The position numbers and the translations under genes are program-made. The notes beneath the pieces are model-generated. The model saw only the letters and a program-made list of their open reading frames with translations. It had not been told where the DNA came from and made no database searches. From positions 11,842,001 through 11,906,000 of the forward strand of contig OZ038378.1 in NCBI GenBank assembly GCA_964036045.1: 64,000 nt of DNA, given 5' to 3'. Source of the stretch: Eutreptiella sp. 'Long Island Sound 2002'. Its lineage: Eukaryota > Protista > Euglenida. How positions within the stretch are numbered: position 1 is the first letter of the stretch; each line of letters begins with the position of its first letter. Below are positions 1 to 13,350 of this stretch, piece after piece.

Positions 1-155
1 GGGTGAGGCAGCCACTTTTGATTTTGTCCCCTTTGATGGCGACCCCCAAGAATGCAGGGGTTATGTAGCACTTCCGCCCTCATTTGGGCCCCCGAGAAGG
101 CAAGGGTGAGGCTGCCACTTTTGATTTTGTCCCCTTTGATGGGGACCCCGAGAAG
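1..155. repeat. ~103-bp tandem duplication; member of a dispersed repeat family
   Basis: gggtgaggc(a/t)gccacttttgattttgtcccctttgatgg occurs at 1 and 104; related text (cttttgtccccttt, gcaggggttatgtagc, tttgggccccc) recurs at about 3320-3460. Confidence 0.75.
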
Positions 156-460
156 CACCAAAACGGAAGTCGAGTAGTGACTCCAAAAGGCAGCGGAAGT
201 GGACGATTACTTGAGGTGCACATGCAGGTGCATAAGACGTTACGCTATGGCGGGGAGCTTGGGACGAACGCAGTGCAAGCGGTGCCTTGAGGAATGGATA
301 TTGTAGTGAAAGTCGTAGATGGGTCTATCCCCTAGGGAGCTTTTTTTTGGGTGCGAAGTGCATGCGTCAACCAGTTCCGCGCATTGCCGCAAGACACACA
401 ATAACACACAACCATAGCGTGACAGACGATGTACGTGTTGTCGGCACAACCAAAGTTCCG

Positions 461-648
461 GGATTGGGCACCCCGTGAAACACGAAACGATGCGAAACGA
501 CCGCATTGTGGGATTGGGCACCCCATGAAGCGGTGCTCCGAAACACGAAACGATTCGAAACGATTGTATTGTGGGACTGGGCACCCCATGAAGCGGTGAT
601 GCGAAACGCGAAACATGACGAAACGTACGCCTTGCAGGATTGGGCACC
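461..648. repeat. Degenerate minisatellite, 50-63-bp units
   Basis: gga(t/c)tgggcacc at 461, 511, 574 and 637; units are filled with cgaaac sub-repeats. Confidence 0.85.
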
Positions 649-2807
649 ATGTGAGGCACCCTCTTCGGTGTTGGGCCGCGCCGAAGAGAAATCGTCCATA
701 CCCCCCCCCCCCCCCGGCAGGGGGTGTGGGCGGCTACAACCACCATTGCATTGGTGAGGAGGTGGAGTGGAGGCCTCCGTTGTTGTATGCTAACCCCTTA
801 GGCCACCGCGTCCTTGCCACACCTGATATGTGACACAACAACATCAAGTAAGCATGCAAAGATCCGTCTCTTTTGAGGCAAAATACCCCCCAATTTCCTT
901 CTGCATGCCCAAAAAATGGACAAATACACACTTTTGCACATCCAAGGTAACCCCCCGCGGCACGTTTTGGAAAATTTCAGTTTCGCACAAAAAGGGTAAC
1001 CCCCCCCCCCTTTTTCGAAGTGGCCAATTTTAGGCAAAACCCCATGACTTCACATTTCGCAGAAATCCCCCCCCCCCCTGACCCCTCCTTCCCTTCGAAT
1101 GTGGAATTGAACGCCGAAAATTTGTGGAGCCGGAAAAGCCTATGTCAGTGCCATATTGCACTTCTCTGCAGGGTCCCATATGAGGGGAGACCCTGTCAGG
1201 CAGATGTAGGCAACCCCTTAACCCCCCCCCCCCCCCCCCCTTGCTCTCGACCCCTTCCCCGAACCCATGTTACACAACCACCTACAGCACTGGAAACAAA
1301 TAAGTGTTGGTTAAACACAGGGGGCCACTAACAGTGGCGCTTGGAATTTTTTTTAAAATTTCCTTCCTTTGTGAAACAGCCGCTGTCTGATGGCTGGGTG
1401 CCTGGGCAGACAGGTTTCATTTCTGCCCTTAGGGGGGGGGGGCAGAGTACGTCCAGGCACTTGAGGGATCCAAGAGAGCAGGGTGGGGCATGAAAATAGA
1501 AACCTGTAAGTTCCTCTCCTGCCCTCTTGCTTGGGCGTGCCCCAGTGCTTCGGCTTCAAGCCTCCCTGGACTTCCAGTTTTTACAAGGGAAAAGGGATAC
1601 AATGTGAAGTCACAGAGTGTGGGCCTGCATGTAAAGCAGAAGTGAGCCTCCTGCGTCGTCCTCCGTGCGTGTTTTGTCTGTTTTGCCCCTTTGCGTTGTA
1701 GGATGGACCATGGATAGCTTTTTTCCTGTTCAGAAGGCTGTGAAAACTGCCACTGTTCAGGACATGATTGCAGTAATCAAAAATTTTCGGTACGCGGACA
1801 TTTTCAGTGCAAAGTGCAGAGAGGCAGCCTACAATTAGGTGCAAAAGACTGCTGGGCCTTTGCAAAAGCAGGTACTAGGTTCGAAACAGAGGTTATTGTG
1901 CAGTGCTGCGCAATGGGGATCACCAGACCATCGGTGTATTTTGCCCTACGATCTGCATGCAATTCAACGCGTTGTGCAGCCAGAACTGTTTGCTGTACTG
2001 CGACGAAAAACCAATCTGTCGCAGCATGCATATTTGCAAACATGCAAGTGCAATTTACTGCCAGAGAAACCCCAAGCACAGCAGCAGCATGACCCATGTA
2101 GTGGCAGCCAAGGCAGTAGTAGCAGCATCCTGACAAAAGCTGGCCCGCGACTGCACTGAGCAGCGGCCTGTGGTTTTTTAACGTTTGTCAATGTGCATCT
2201 GGAGATAAAACCCCTGGCCCATGGGTCCTTTGATGTGGAGTGTCTGTTTGCGCTTTGAACCGCATCAACAGGCATGACCGCAGGAAGTTGACAATGCACC
2301 CCCTTGAAATGCCCCTGGTGGTAACAAGGGATGCAGCACCTTGGGTTGAGTACAATTATGAAGAGGTGGTGAGGAAATGTAGGGAAAAGCGGCGCGTCCG
2401 CAGGTTGTGCGCAGTATAGGGGGCAGAAAAGGAAGGCCAGAGTGATTTGGACAGTGATAGCCCTGCATATTATTCAGGACTAGTGGCACCTATTACTCGA
2501 GCTCCTCTGATGAACAATGTCAGACATCTGTGGAGGGCAGTTCTGAACAAAATTAACCTTTCCTCACAAAACTGCACATGCTATCCCCAACGTATCTTTG
2601 AACAAGTACTGCTTTTGTGTTCCTCAACAAGCATATTGCCTGTTGCATTGTATCGCATCCTCACCATCTAGAGGTATGTGCATGGAGAGGGGGGGGGGGG
2701 GGGGGGGCTGCCGGCTAGGACCCGACCCCGGGGGGGGGGGGGGGGCTCTACACAGACCCCAAAATGGTTGTACGGAACAATAGGTTTTGTGGGCTCTAGA
2801 GGTGCCT

Positions 2808-2945
2808 GTACAACACACATGCCCTAGTAAAGGTAGATAAGCGTGCAGAGGGGGCAGAAGTGGGGGCCACGGCTGCGGGGGCGCCACAGATAGCATATAA
2901 CAAGTAGCACAGTGGGTGACCACGAAGCAATTCTCCACCATACTA
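2808..2945 (+). repeat. 138-bp dispersed repeat, copy 1
   Basis: Matches 18994-19131 in the same orientation with 3 substitutions. Confidence 0.9.
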
Positions 2946-3665
2946 AGAGAATAGCTAGGCCCTCAGTGGTTAATGCTTATCCCTGCTCTTGTGGCTGCCG
3001 TTAGAGTGTTAGAGGTCAAAACACTTCGTTGCGTTTCTTGCTTTGCTCGGTAGTTGAATGTATTTGCTGAGCATTGCGTCTTGCTTTGTCCGAGCATAGA
3101 GGCACAATTGCACAGTGTCCATGTCACTGGCTATATTGGCTATATTCCTGTGTACAGACAGATTAGCTTGGAGTTGCATGTTCTCTCGTGTGCTTGTGCA
3201 TATGCATGCGATTTTGTTATACGCATACCGTAGGTGGTGAACTTTTGCTTTCACCGCATGCGGTTATACTCAAACTCTCAGATTTTTCAAGGGACTTCAT
3301 AAAAGCAAAAAACATGTCAAACACTTTTGTCCCCTTTTGCTTCCTAGTTCTGATTTCATCCCCCACATTGAGCGTTGAGGACCCTTGAGACGGCAGGGGT
3401 TATGTAGCCCTTGCCCACCTTTGGGCCCCCAAGACAGCAAGGGTTATGTAGCCACTTTGCCCACTCTTGTTCTTTCTTTGTTCTTTCTTTCCTTATCCGC
3501 CCACTCTTGTACTCTTTGAGCGCCGGTGGTTACATGGTGCGCTCTTTAGTCCTTATCGCCTCCCACGCTTCAGTTTGGTTCCTCGAGTTGGGGTGATGGA
3601 TTCCCACACACTTTGTGTAGCCCCTTGAGTTGGAGTGATGGATCCCTTCCCCTCCCTCCCGTTTT

Positions 3666-3775
3666 TAGGCCCTTTCCTAGAAAGTGTTCCAAGTAGCCGC
3701 TCTTGGTCTTAGGCCCTTCCCTGGAAAGTATTCCAAGTAGCCACTATGGTCTTAGGCCCTTCCCTAGAAAGTCGT
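3666..3775. repeat. ~43-bp tandem repeat, about 2.5 copies
   Basis: taggccctt(t/c)cct(a/g)gaaagt...ccaagtagcc...tggtct repeated. Confidence 0.8.
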
Positions 3776-4147
3776 CCGTGTTTGCAACAGGTGCAACAAG
3801 TCGTAGGCCCTTCTTGTTCCATCCTTGAATATGCAAGTGTGGTGTAGAGGTGATGTACCATCATGGTTGCGTCCCCAAGATGGCTTCAACTCTGCTCTGT
3901 TATTGGTTTGCTTTTCCAAGGTATCTAGAGGGGGGGGCGGGGGCTCCCAACGCCCCATATGGCAACTGCCAAAGCCTCCCACCATGCCAGTCTCTAGTTA
4001 GGACTTTGCTAAGCCATCAAAATGAAAAATGTGCCATCCTTCGGCAGGGCAGACCTCCTAGATGGCCATGACCTACTGTGTTGCCTCGGCCTTGCACTCA
4101 TTACATTTTTGAAGCTCAGGGTCACCGCAAGAGGTTGAAGAGTAATC

Positions 4148-5053
4148 TTGAAATGTGCCAAGTCACCAATTGATATATTTTGTTGGGAAGGTGCCCTCTT
4201 GTCACCCCCTTATCTCTGTACAGCGTGCTGGAAGAATTGGTTCCGGAATGCAATGTGGTTGAGGAACAACCTGCGTTCCCTTAAAACATTTGTGCATAGT
4301 GAACTCGCTGCTATCTCCGCAAAAAAACAACCGAGGGAAAAAGACGACATGCTAAATGAACATTTTTCCACGCTAAGTGTGAAGTAGTCGTTCTTTGTGC
4401 ATCGGGGCAAACCTGTGTTCGATCTTTTGGACAAGGTGCAAGTTGTTGTGGCATCAAGAGTAGGTGCACTTGAGGGGTCACGGTATCCCCAAATGCACAG
4501 TGTATACAATCAGTTTGCCACTCTACTTGCCAATCTCAATGACTCCTCCCCCAGTCCTCTCAAAAATGAAGTTCTGCATGCCCTCCCCAACAAGGATAGC
4601 GGTCTATGTAAACGGCGGTGTTTGACGTGGCCCTCACTGGTGCAACCACCAAAGTTAAAAGGTACCGTCCATTGTTGCATTATGCCAAACATGCGAGAGT
4701 GTGCTACTATTTTGCTCCGATGAGATTAGACCTGCGTTGCATGCCAAGTGGCAGGTGTACAGGTAGTAGACGGCTGTTTGCCTACAGACACCTTCAACAT
4801 CCTTGATTGGTGGGACTGAATGTCCGAAATTCTGCCATTGATATTTCACATTGCACAAGGCTTGTTGGGTGGCCCTACCACCTCTTGTGATGTCGAGCGT
4901 TGCTTCTTCTCCTTGAAATGGGTCTATGATGAACCACAACAAGACATGAAGGACGAAACACACAAACACACCGGGATGCATGTCTTCTACCTTTCAATGG
5001 ATTGGTGGAGTGAACTCACATTGGCGAATGTTGTTTTGCTTTGTTTCGTGTGA
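4148..5053 (+). mobile_element. Decayed hAT-superfamily transposase (C-terminal part)
   Basis: LPLIFHIAQGLLGGPTTSCDVERCFFSLKWVYDE matches the hAT dimerisation-domain pattern (L..lA..lL..P.tS..vER.FS.l); upstream frames are broken by stops and frameshifts. Confidence 0.75.
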
Positions 5054-8000
5054 GGATGACACACTACATGGGGCATCAAGGTAGCGGGATTACAACAACA
5101 ACCTCTGTATTTACCGTGAAGCCCAAAACAACATGTGGTTTTTTCTGGCCAAAATTGTCTTACAACGGCACAACATTCTTTGGTGTCCACCTATTTTCAC
5201 CATGTTCCCATTGAGCTCCCCACGTATCCCCCATTCCCCCCCACTTTCCCCTTAGTGCCCTGCATTTCTCCCCATTTCCTTCCTTTTTTGTGGGCCGCGC
5301 ACTTTAAGGGCCAACCCAGCTGGGTGCTTCTGAGACCTAGTTGCTAAAATGCCCGCGCTTCGGTGGGGATTTCAAATATGCCAACAAAAACTACCACAAA
5401 ACAGGGATCCCCCCCCCCCCCGTCGCTGCCCCTCACGGTCCGCAAATGTACTACTCGCCGTACTGGGTACGGCGCAACAAGCTGTTGACGGAAGAGGTGG
5501 TAGACGATCCCGGACAACTGTTGAGTGATATGCATCATCGCCTTTTCCCCCCACGGGAGGGGGGGAGGGAGTGTATAAAGGGTTGTTGCCACAAGGTGTG
5601 GCGTCAAGGCCACGGGATTTGCCATTAGAGTGGGTGAAGTCATCCACTTCACCCATGGCCTCCACCCATGGCATTTAGGCATACTGTAGGGGGGAGTTTT
5701 TTGGTTTGACCCTATGTGTCTATACTCAAAATACTCAGAATTTTGTGGAGAATTCAAAAACCGATGAAAAACACAAAAAAGGATTTTGACCCCAACCTGA
5801 CCTCTGGGTCGGACCTTGGCTGATGGGAGCCTCAGTTGATGGGCAAATGAAAAATTTTTTACTCCACTTGTGTATGTTCAAAATGATCAGCACGTCATGG
5901 GTATCATTTTGAGGTATGTATGTTGGAGTACCCACCAACCCCCCCCCCCCCCGGGGAGCCCGGCGGCTGACCGCCCAACCCGCCGACCCCCAAGGTTTGG
6001 GTCAACGAAGGGGGGGGAGGGGTCGCCCCCCCCCTACAACCCCCAAAACAGTTGCACACCCCTTGGGGTCACACATTGGTTGGCGGCAGCCCCCATGTTT
6101 CAGGGCCCCTCATTACCCACTGTCAGAAATAAGCAAGTGATCGTGTTGCCGTAACAGCCCCAAGTAGGAAGACTGGGGGAAAACGGGTCCTTGTTGGAGA
6201 ATTCTCTGATTTTTTTGTGGAAAAATGAGGGCAACATTGCACTTAAAGTCCAAAAAATCACTTTTTGTGGGCCCTAGGTTGTGTGTCTGGGGGGGGGGGT
6301 GTAGTGAGCAACATGACCGGGGAGAAATGGGGAAAAGTGGGGGAAAGTGGGGAAGAACACCGGAAAAATGAGTCATAATGCCTGCAATTTCACTTTCTAG
6401 CATCTTTGGGCCCTCTTGCCCTTGTTTTGTTTATGGCTGACCAAGTGCACTCCTTTAAGGTTGTGCATTGTGTCCCCATCAAGGCCATCCGGCATCATGG
6501 CTCTCAAAGCAGATGACTTTGAACAACTACCCCCACCCCCCCTTTTGCGCAAGCACTACCTTGTCTAAGCACCAGAACCCGGTTTGACGGTGACTTTTAC
6601 CGAATTTTCTGACCACGGTTTTTATGGTCATAAACCAGGCAAAGCGTGATTGTGTGCCGATTGTAGAGGGAAAGGGGTCTGCGTCATACTTGTGATGAGT
6701 CCTCCCGCTCATAACAACATTCTGCTTCTTACTGCACCCCACTGCTCTTTGTTTTGGTGTGGTTTTCAATTTGGGAAGTGGGTTTCCAAAGTGTGGCATG
6801 CAATTTCTGATGATGAGTTGCGCTCTGCCATGCAAAAGCCATTTTCACCAAAGATATTGTGGATGACAGTCTTGTGCCAAGGAATAGGAAGCCTAATCCC
6901 ATTTCAAAGCCTGCTGCCAAGCCTGCCCCAAAGCCTGCCCCAAAGGGCAAGCATGTGCAATTGTTCAAGATGGGGTGCAAGGTTGGAAAGGGCTTCTATT
7001 TCACAGCTCTTGATGCCCCTGATGGGCAGTGAGGACCTCCAAAACTTGCTGAAATTTGCCTACACATTGTGTTCTAGTGCCCTGTTGTGACTCTTGTGCT
7101 TAGGGTGAGGTATGGGCAAGTTTTCGGGACATGCGTTCGCACCGCCTTGTCTAAGCACCAAGACCCCGTGTGACCGTCACTTTCCCGACTTTCCTGGTGC
7201 TTGTGCAAGGGGGGGGGTACAAGAAGAGCAAGCATGGAGACATGGATATTTTTGTTGGCCTTGGGCAAGGCAATTGGCCGGGCAACTACAAGGCCATCAG
7301 CTGCATCCCACTTCCAAAGCAAGCGGAGGCACGGCGGTTCTCTAGGAGGCGGGGTAAGGTGGGACCACACCAGACACATGACAGCAAAACATGGTGCAGA
7401 ACTGAACCCAGGACTAAGATTGGTGTCCGTGTTTGCGCAATTTTGGCCGCCTGGGTGGACAGCTAAATGTCTTTTCCACCTTCCTCCACCAATTTCCCTC
7501 CATTTCCCCCTGGGTTCCCCACTTTCCCCCGGTTTCCCCCACTTTTCCTTTTGGAGCGGGAAGTTGAGCGGGTAAGTGAGGTGGCACCCTGAGCAGGTAA
7601 TCAACCTTGTTTTTTGGTCCGCCCGCTGCTTTGCACTAAAATGGAGGTGATGCCAATTTTGGACTGCAAATCAATGGGACAGGATGTGTCATGTCGTTTT
7701 CATTCACGAAAGACTTGTCGGTGCCTTGCACAGAAGTGGTTTGGTGGGGACTGGGGAGGGGGGACAGGGCTCATATGGTGCATACCGCCATTATCCCACC
7801 TGGTCCCTTGTTCATATTCCTTGTTGTTGGCCACGTTGCATTGAGCTTTCAATTTTACTCCAATGTTTTGGTGTCGCCTGTTGGTCTTGGCAGGTTTCCA
7901 CTCCTGCACAGTGTGTGCAGACTCTGTATGGTGCAGTTGGTGTTCTGGAGTCCAAGATATACATTCTTTTTTTTTTGGACCATATTCCGTAATTTTGTAT

Positions 8001-8374
8001 TGACTTTTGTACAAGTTCTGCACTGTTTTTACACAGGTCCCCAGAAGTTTTGCACTGTTCCTGAGCCGGTTGGAACGGTGATATTTTGCCTGCCGTGTAC
8101 AATACTCAACTCATTCTGCATCCCCATAATGTCCTGGTTGCGGAACGTTGGGACATGCTGCATCTGCAGACGGTTCATCATGAATTGAATCACAGGCATC
8201 AATCTAGGCTCAGGGCCGATGCACACTGCAGGGCTCCACACGCACTCACCGGGGGTTCAAAAAAGCGAGGCTCAGATGGTGAATGCATAGCAGCGTCTTA
8301 AGCAGCAAGGTCGTCATCCATGCACAATCCTTTGGCCGATTTCGTTTGTCTGCTCAGGTCTCTGGCTGCCCACA

Positions 8375-9754
8375 ATGCCTCATGAATGGGTATACTACAT
8401 ACAGCCACTCATTATTCGGGCGTTGTTGTGCGCTGGAGTGCTATATTTGTGGGCTCGTTGGGCGCCGCGGCCAAGGGCTCCCGTGAACACCGCCGCATGC
8501 TCTACTCAGACGGATGCCGCTTCAACTGGTCTGCACACCTCCGCACCACAGTCAACCGCACTGCACAGGTCGCAACAGGCGATGGAGGAGCTGCGGGGGC
8601 ACAGCCATCAGCTCAGTGCGATGCTGCTTGCAGACCACGCTGGTGGCAGTGCAGCGCCACTCTCTGCGCACCCGCTGCAAGAGTCGTCTGGCCACGCCAC
8701 GGACATGCCGCCTGTGACTATGCCCGCACGAAGTGGGACCTGCAACCCTGGCAACGCCCGACGCCCTGACGCCCCCGAACCCCCGCTAGCCTCCGATTGC
8801 GGGTCTTTGTCATCATCCGGCGCCCGCCACAGCTGCCGCCGCCGCCACAGGGGCAGCGGCGGCGGACCCGTCGCTGACGAGTCGGAGGTGCCCCTGCAAC
8901 CCGACCCCACCGCCTCTCCGGAACCCATGCACAAGCACGTCCCTGGTGCGTCGCATACGCCCGCTCCCTCGCATGCCCCTATTCGGGCCCCTGGATCCGA
9001 GGCGGGCCCGGGCACCCCAGCCCCCGACCCGCTGCAGGCGCCGCCGATGGAGCTGTGGGACTATGTGCCGCAGGTGGAGCCCGAGGCGGGCCCGGGCACC
9101 CCAGCCCCCGACCCGCTGCAGGCGCCGCCGATGCCGCTGTGGGACTATGTGCCGCAGGTGGAGCCCGAGGCGGGCCCGGGCACCCCAGCCCCCGACCCGC
9201 TGCAGGCGCCGCCGATGCCGCTGTGGGACTATGTGCCGCAGGTGGAGCCCCAGGGCGGCTGGGCCCCAGGCCCGCCCTCATCTCCTCAGGTGTCCTCCAC
9301 GCAAGGCGACGGCGGCGTAACAGACGACGGTTGGGGTGTAACGGATGACAGGTGGGGCACAACCGACAACGGTGGGAGCGTGGCCGCCGAATGGGAAGAG
9401 GCGTTTCTTCCCCCTGAGGAGTTCACCCCTGAGCACGGCCGCCAGTTGCTGTGGCTGTACGCCGCGCAGGCCCAGCGCTGCACGAGTGGCTCCTGCCTCC
9501 TGCTCCGGCAGGCGTTGCGGCTTGAAGAGCTCCTCGATGACGCACAGATCTCGCAGCCTGTGAAGAAGCAGAAGCGGCTGGCGAGAAACGCCCGGCTGTG
9601 CTACGTGGAGCTGCGTGCCCGCATGCAGGAGGAGGGCTGGGGCAGTGAGCTGCCCGTGGCCAGTGCTACTGCCACTGTCACTGCCACTGCCACTGCTACG
9701 GCTGCGGCTAGTGCAAGTGGAAGTGCTAGTGCCACTGCAACTCGGGGGTCTTAG
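8375..9754 (+). CDS. Intronless hypothetical protein, 459 aa: N-terminal hydrophobic anchor, Pro-rich linker with 3 x 28-aa repeats, helical C-terminal domain, Ala/Thr/Ser tail
   Basis: Long GC-rich ORF with G/C-ending codons like the other exons; WVYYIQPLIIRALLCAGVLYLWARW followed by basic APRPR; pyrimidine tract plus AG at 8356-8357, 17 nt before the ATG, in cacaATG context. Confidence 0.7.
   Translation: MPHEWVYYIQPLIIRALLCAGVLYLWARWAPRPRAPVNTAACSTQTDAASTGLHTSAPQSTALHRSQQAMEELRGHSHQLSAMLLADHAGGSAAPLSAHPLQESSGHATDMPPVTMPARSGTCNPGNARRPDAPEPPLASDCGSLSSSGARHSCRRRHRGSGGGPVADESEVPLQPDPTASPEPMHKHVPGASHTPAPSHAPIRAPGSEAGPGTPAPDPLQAPPMELWDYVPQVEPEAGPGTPAPDPLQAPPMPLWDYVPQVEPEAGPGTPAPDPLQAPPMPLWDYVPQVEPQGGWAPGPPSSPQVSSTQGDGGVTDDGWGVTDDRWGTTDNGGSVAAEWEEAFLPPEEFTPEHGRQLLWLYAAQAQRCTSGSCLLLRQALRLEELLDDAQISQPVKKQKRLARNARLCYVELRARMQEEGWGSELPVASATATVTATATATAAASASGSASATATRGS
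8999..9250 (+). repeat. In-frame 84-bp tandem repeat x3 (EAGPGTPAPDPLQAPPM[E/P]LWDYVPQVEP)
   Basis: Units start at 8999, 9083 and 9167; units 2 and 3 look identical and unit 1 differs at one codon. Confidence 0.95.
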
Positions 9755-9999
9755 GCCAGGCGTTTCTGATCAGTTATCCAAACACCTGGACCCCATGAAT
9801 AAATGCAGTTGCGCTTGCTAAACCCTTGTACCCCTGTGGCCCCTGTACCCCTGTACCCCTCTGCTCCTGTGTCAGTATGCCTCTTGTACAAGAACCTTTT
9901 TCATGTGTCACAAATATGATTAGCTGTGTGCACGCACCTGATGTGATGCAAGAGATGGTGTTGTGAGTGCCGCGTGGGCCCAAGCACCGGGAGCAATGC

Positions 10000-10185
10000 A
10001 AATTGCTCTCGCTCTCTCCCTTTGCCTCTTCTTCGCTGCATTCTGCCTCTGTTTCTCCCCTTTTCCGTTCCTCGCTCTCTCTTCTTCATCTCTCATTTGT
10101 CTCCTCCTTCTCTGCTCTATCTCTCTGGCTTCCTCTCTCTCTCCCTCTGCTCCTCTCTCCCTCCCTCTCTCCCTCCTCCCCTCTA
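10000..10185. repeat. CT-rich polypyrimidine low-complexity tract
   Basis: About 185 nt almost entirely C/T on the + strand. Confidence 0.85.
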
Positions 10186-10799
10186 CCGATGGAGGAACAG
10201 AACTTGTGAAGCCAAGGCAGCGACTTGGCTCCCGAAGAAAGTCCGGTCCGCACACCTAGCGTTCGGGACTTGCGCCACATGACCTTCCTCTCTGCATGCC
10301 CCCTTTCATGTCTACTCCCATGCCACCGTCTAACTGCCGTGGCAGGTCTTGTACTGTGCTCTGGTTCATTTGAACATGGCAGAAATGGCATGTCTGGGAG
10401 GGAAGATCCCTGACCCAAACACATGTGACCCAATCCATGCGGCACAGCTCCAATGTATATTGCCTCGTTTCTCTCGAGACCACATCTTATCACAAGTGCG
10501 CCGGGTTAAAGCAATGTAAAGTATTTATGACCGGCAGCTGCTGTTTGCTGGTCTTGTTTATTCTTTGAGGCCCAACCCCCTCTCCTTCTGCACCATCAGC
10601 GCACCGCTCTTGGGAACCACCTGGTGAACCGGAACCCCCCCTGCCCCTGTGCCACACAGCCCACATCAGCTGCGGGGAGCACCCTCCGAAGCTGGCGGCC
10701 AGGGGTTAGGCCGAAGGTGAGGCCTGCTGGCGCCGGGAGGGAGTGGACACCTTTGGGACAAAATGGTGCTCATGTGAGCTGTGGTAGCCGTTTCGCCTG

Positions 10800-13350
10800 C
10801 ACCCTCAACCTTCAGCATGGTCCCGCACCTCCTTCTCCCTCAAGAGGACGAGAGGGGGGCCAAACCACAAACCGATGATAAAGATGCAAAAAGATCCAGA
10901 GTTGGAGTGTTCCAGAGTCTGCATGAATGTGGTGGCTCCTTTTCCTCCCCCGTAGCGCCGCTGTCCGAGAACTCCTTCCTTTGCATTCCTTTGCATTCCT
11001 TTGCACAGCGGGCAATTGACGTGGTTGATTGCGCAGCAGAGGTCTTCCTCCATGACAAGACGGTGCCAATGAACCAATTCGGATGCTTCTGTCGTGCTTG
11101 TCCAATGCTGCTGACATTCTGAATGGATGTGCGGGCTTTTACTTTCCCTGTCATCCGCATCCGGAGGCAGTCCTTAGCTGAACATCAACCCGCAGTGCTG
11201 GGGCGTTGGGTGCATCGATACATGGGCCATACACTGCAACTCATTCACACGAATGCACAAACAGACAAACGAGAACCCTCAAATGAAACAAGAACCCACA
11301 GTGCATATACACAGACAGACACCAGGAGTGACGCGGATGCCGAGAGGAGGAAACCACTGGCCGCACACTGACACGGCCACAGCCACGCAGCCCCACAGCG
11401 TCGCCCAGCAAGAGCCACCAGCCACCAAGCGACACAGCCACACAGTGTCGCATGGATGCCCCCCCTTCAGCGCCACCAGAAGCCTGCCTACGTACAACTA
11501 CGCCGCTGTGTCGTCGTTATGGGGGCTTTTTTGGGATATGAGGGATCGCTGTTTTTGTGGTGCCAAATGGGAAGCCCACATCAGTTTGGCGTGATTTTTG
11601 TGAGAAAGTGGGGCTGTTCGATGGTTGTGAGGGTCGTATGCAGGCATAGCAACATTTTTCTTGATTGGCGCAGTGGGTGCAGCTGGTTGGTGAATAGCGT
11701 GGTGGTGGAAAAGGGATCTTATCTCCCCGCGTATACCCTGCATCCGCCTGGAGCGTTCCTGTTCTGCTTGATTGAACTCAACTGCCGTGGGCAGATCACA
11801 CGTGGTGGTTGATCATATGTGTAGATGTGTTCCTTGAAGAGGTGAATGTTGGGGATCACCAGCAACATGGCGTAAAGGATCGCTTTGACTACGCTGTCGC
11901 TGGGTGGTCTACTCATGAAAGTTTTGTCAATGAGGCTGCATTGCAGCGCAGAGGCGCAATGGGCGACTGATCACCCTTATCCTTTTCTGCCTGAGTGCGA
12001 TCAGGGTGTGCACATGCACTCTGCAAAGGCGTTGTGGGATGTTCTCACGGTAGAATGGGGAAGAGATGGCAACGCCAACATCTGGCAGTGTAGCTGGAGC
12101 GTTGTCCCTCGTCACTACCATGATTTATTGCCAGACATGCACCCAGGAGCCCAACACCAATGGCCGACCACCGGCACTAGCCAGCAGCCGGTGGTGACAG
12201 CAGCAGGGTTCGGGCGCCCTGGTTCAACCACGACGCTGCATGCATGGACCGCAGGCGCAGCAACCGAGCATGCCAGGATATGGACCTGCTGCAGCCGCTG
12301 CTCGCCTCAGTATCATGGCACACATTAGAGAGGGCAAAAGGTGAACTCTACGCACAGACCAGTCCACCAACAATGCACCGCTAGTTGTTCCGGGTGTGGG
12401 GAATAAGTGGCAGGATGTTCAGTGGACCTATGGGGACCGTCCAGAAGACCCTCCTGCTGTGGGTCACCCGCCACAACGCATGGGCCTATTGGAACGACCA
12501 GGGTGATGGTAGGGTCGTCTGGAATTGTTTAAGACGGATCTGAGGCGTTTAGAGCGGTGTTGTTTTCACTGTCGGTGACCATCAGGAGATTGACTTCGTA
12601 GATTGATCTCTTTGCAAGGGTTGGCATGCTAGCAATGGTGTGTTGTGCCGTGCATGCGTGGATGTGCGGCACTTCGCAAACTGTCTCTTCAAGCCATTCA
12701 TTGTCCTTCTCCTCCTGATCCTCATCGCTCTCACTCTCGTTGTCAGTGGTGCCCCAATGTCCTCATGGATGGTGCAGTACCCCATGTGCATTGGCCCCAT
12801 TGCGGCCACATGGCTCCTGCTGCCCCCTCTGTCCTCGCCACACGAGTGGCCCACACTCCCCATCCAGAAAGGCACCTTGCTGCAGCACTGGGCTTTTTCG
12901 AAGACTGCATGGGCCAAGAACCGCCTCTGGACCGTCCTGACGTACCTTTTTGTGCATGAGACCTCTGAAAGTGCACAGATCAACGTGTTCGCTCTGGCGC
13001 TGACCGGCCTCGTGCCGTTTGAGGTGTGATTGATTGCCCGTGATGAGTGAAGAATACTATGAAGTCACGCAAGTATAGGACACCAACATCACGGTGGTGA
13101 TCAAGTTAGCCATACCCTCCTACAAGTGCCCAGCATTTTTGGCACAATTTGCACAACCCCTAGCGGGTGCCATCCCCCAGGTACGGCGGCAAGTCCGAGA
13201 GCCGCAGCTACGTCATTTGCATGCGGACTCAATGAAGATCAAGTGCAGCATGATGGGGCGGTCTTTGATGCTAGAGATCTCGAACTACACGAGGGTCTTT
13301 CCCACTGTCTTGACACATGGGTTGTTTGCCCTAATTCGTGAAATCTGTGT
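10800..13350 (-). mobile_element. Heavily decayed, possibly near-full-length hAT-like transposase
   Basis: Minus strand: PTLDLFASLSSVCGLAPLSSS*GRRRCGTMLKVE (about 10805-10900) resembles a dimerisation motif; Cys/His-rich GCANCAKNAGHL...SHLKRHEAGQRQSEHV (about 12980-13170) could be an N-terminal Zn-finger region; many stops and frameshifts. Confidence 0.4.

Noticed and set aside
461-648. Repeat-spacer pattern (ggattgggcacc every 50-63 nt)
   Set aside because: The spacers resemble each other (cgaaac sub-repeats), so this is a minisatellite, not a CRISPR array.
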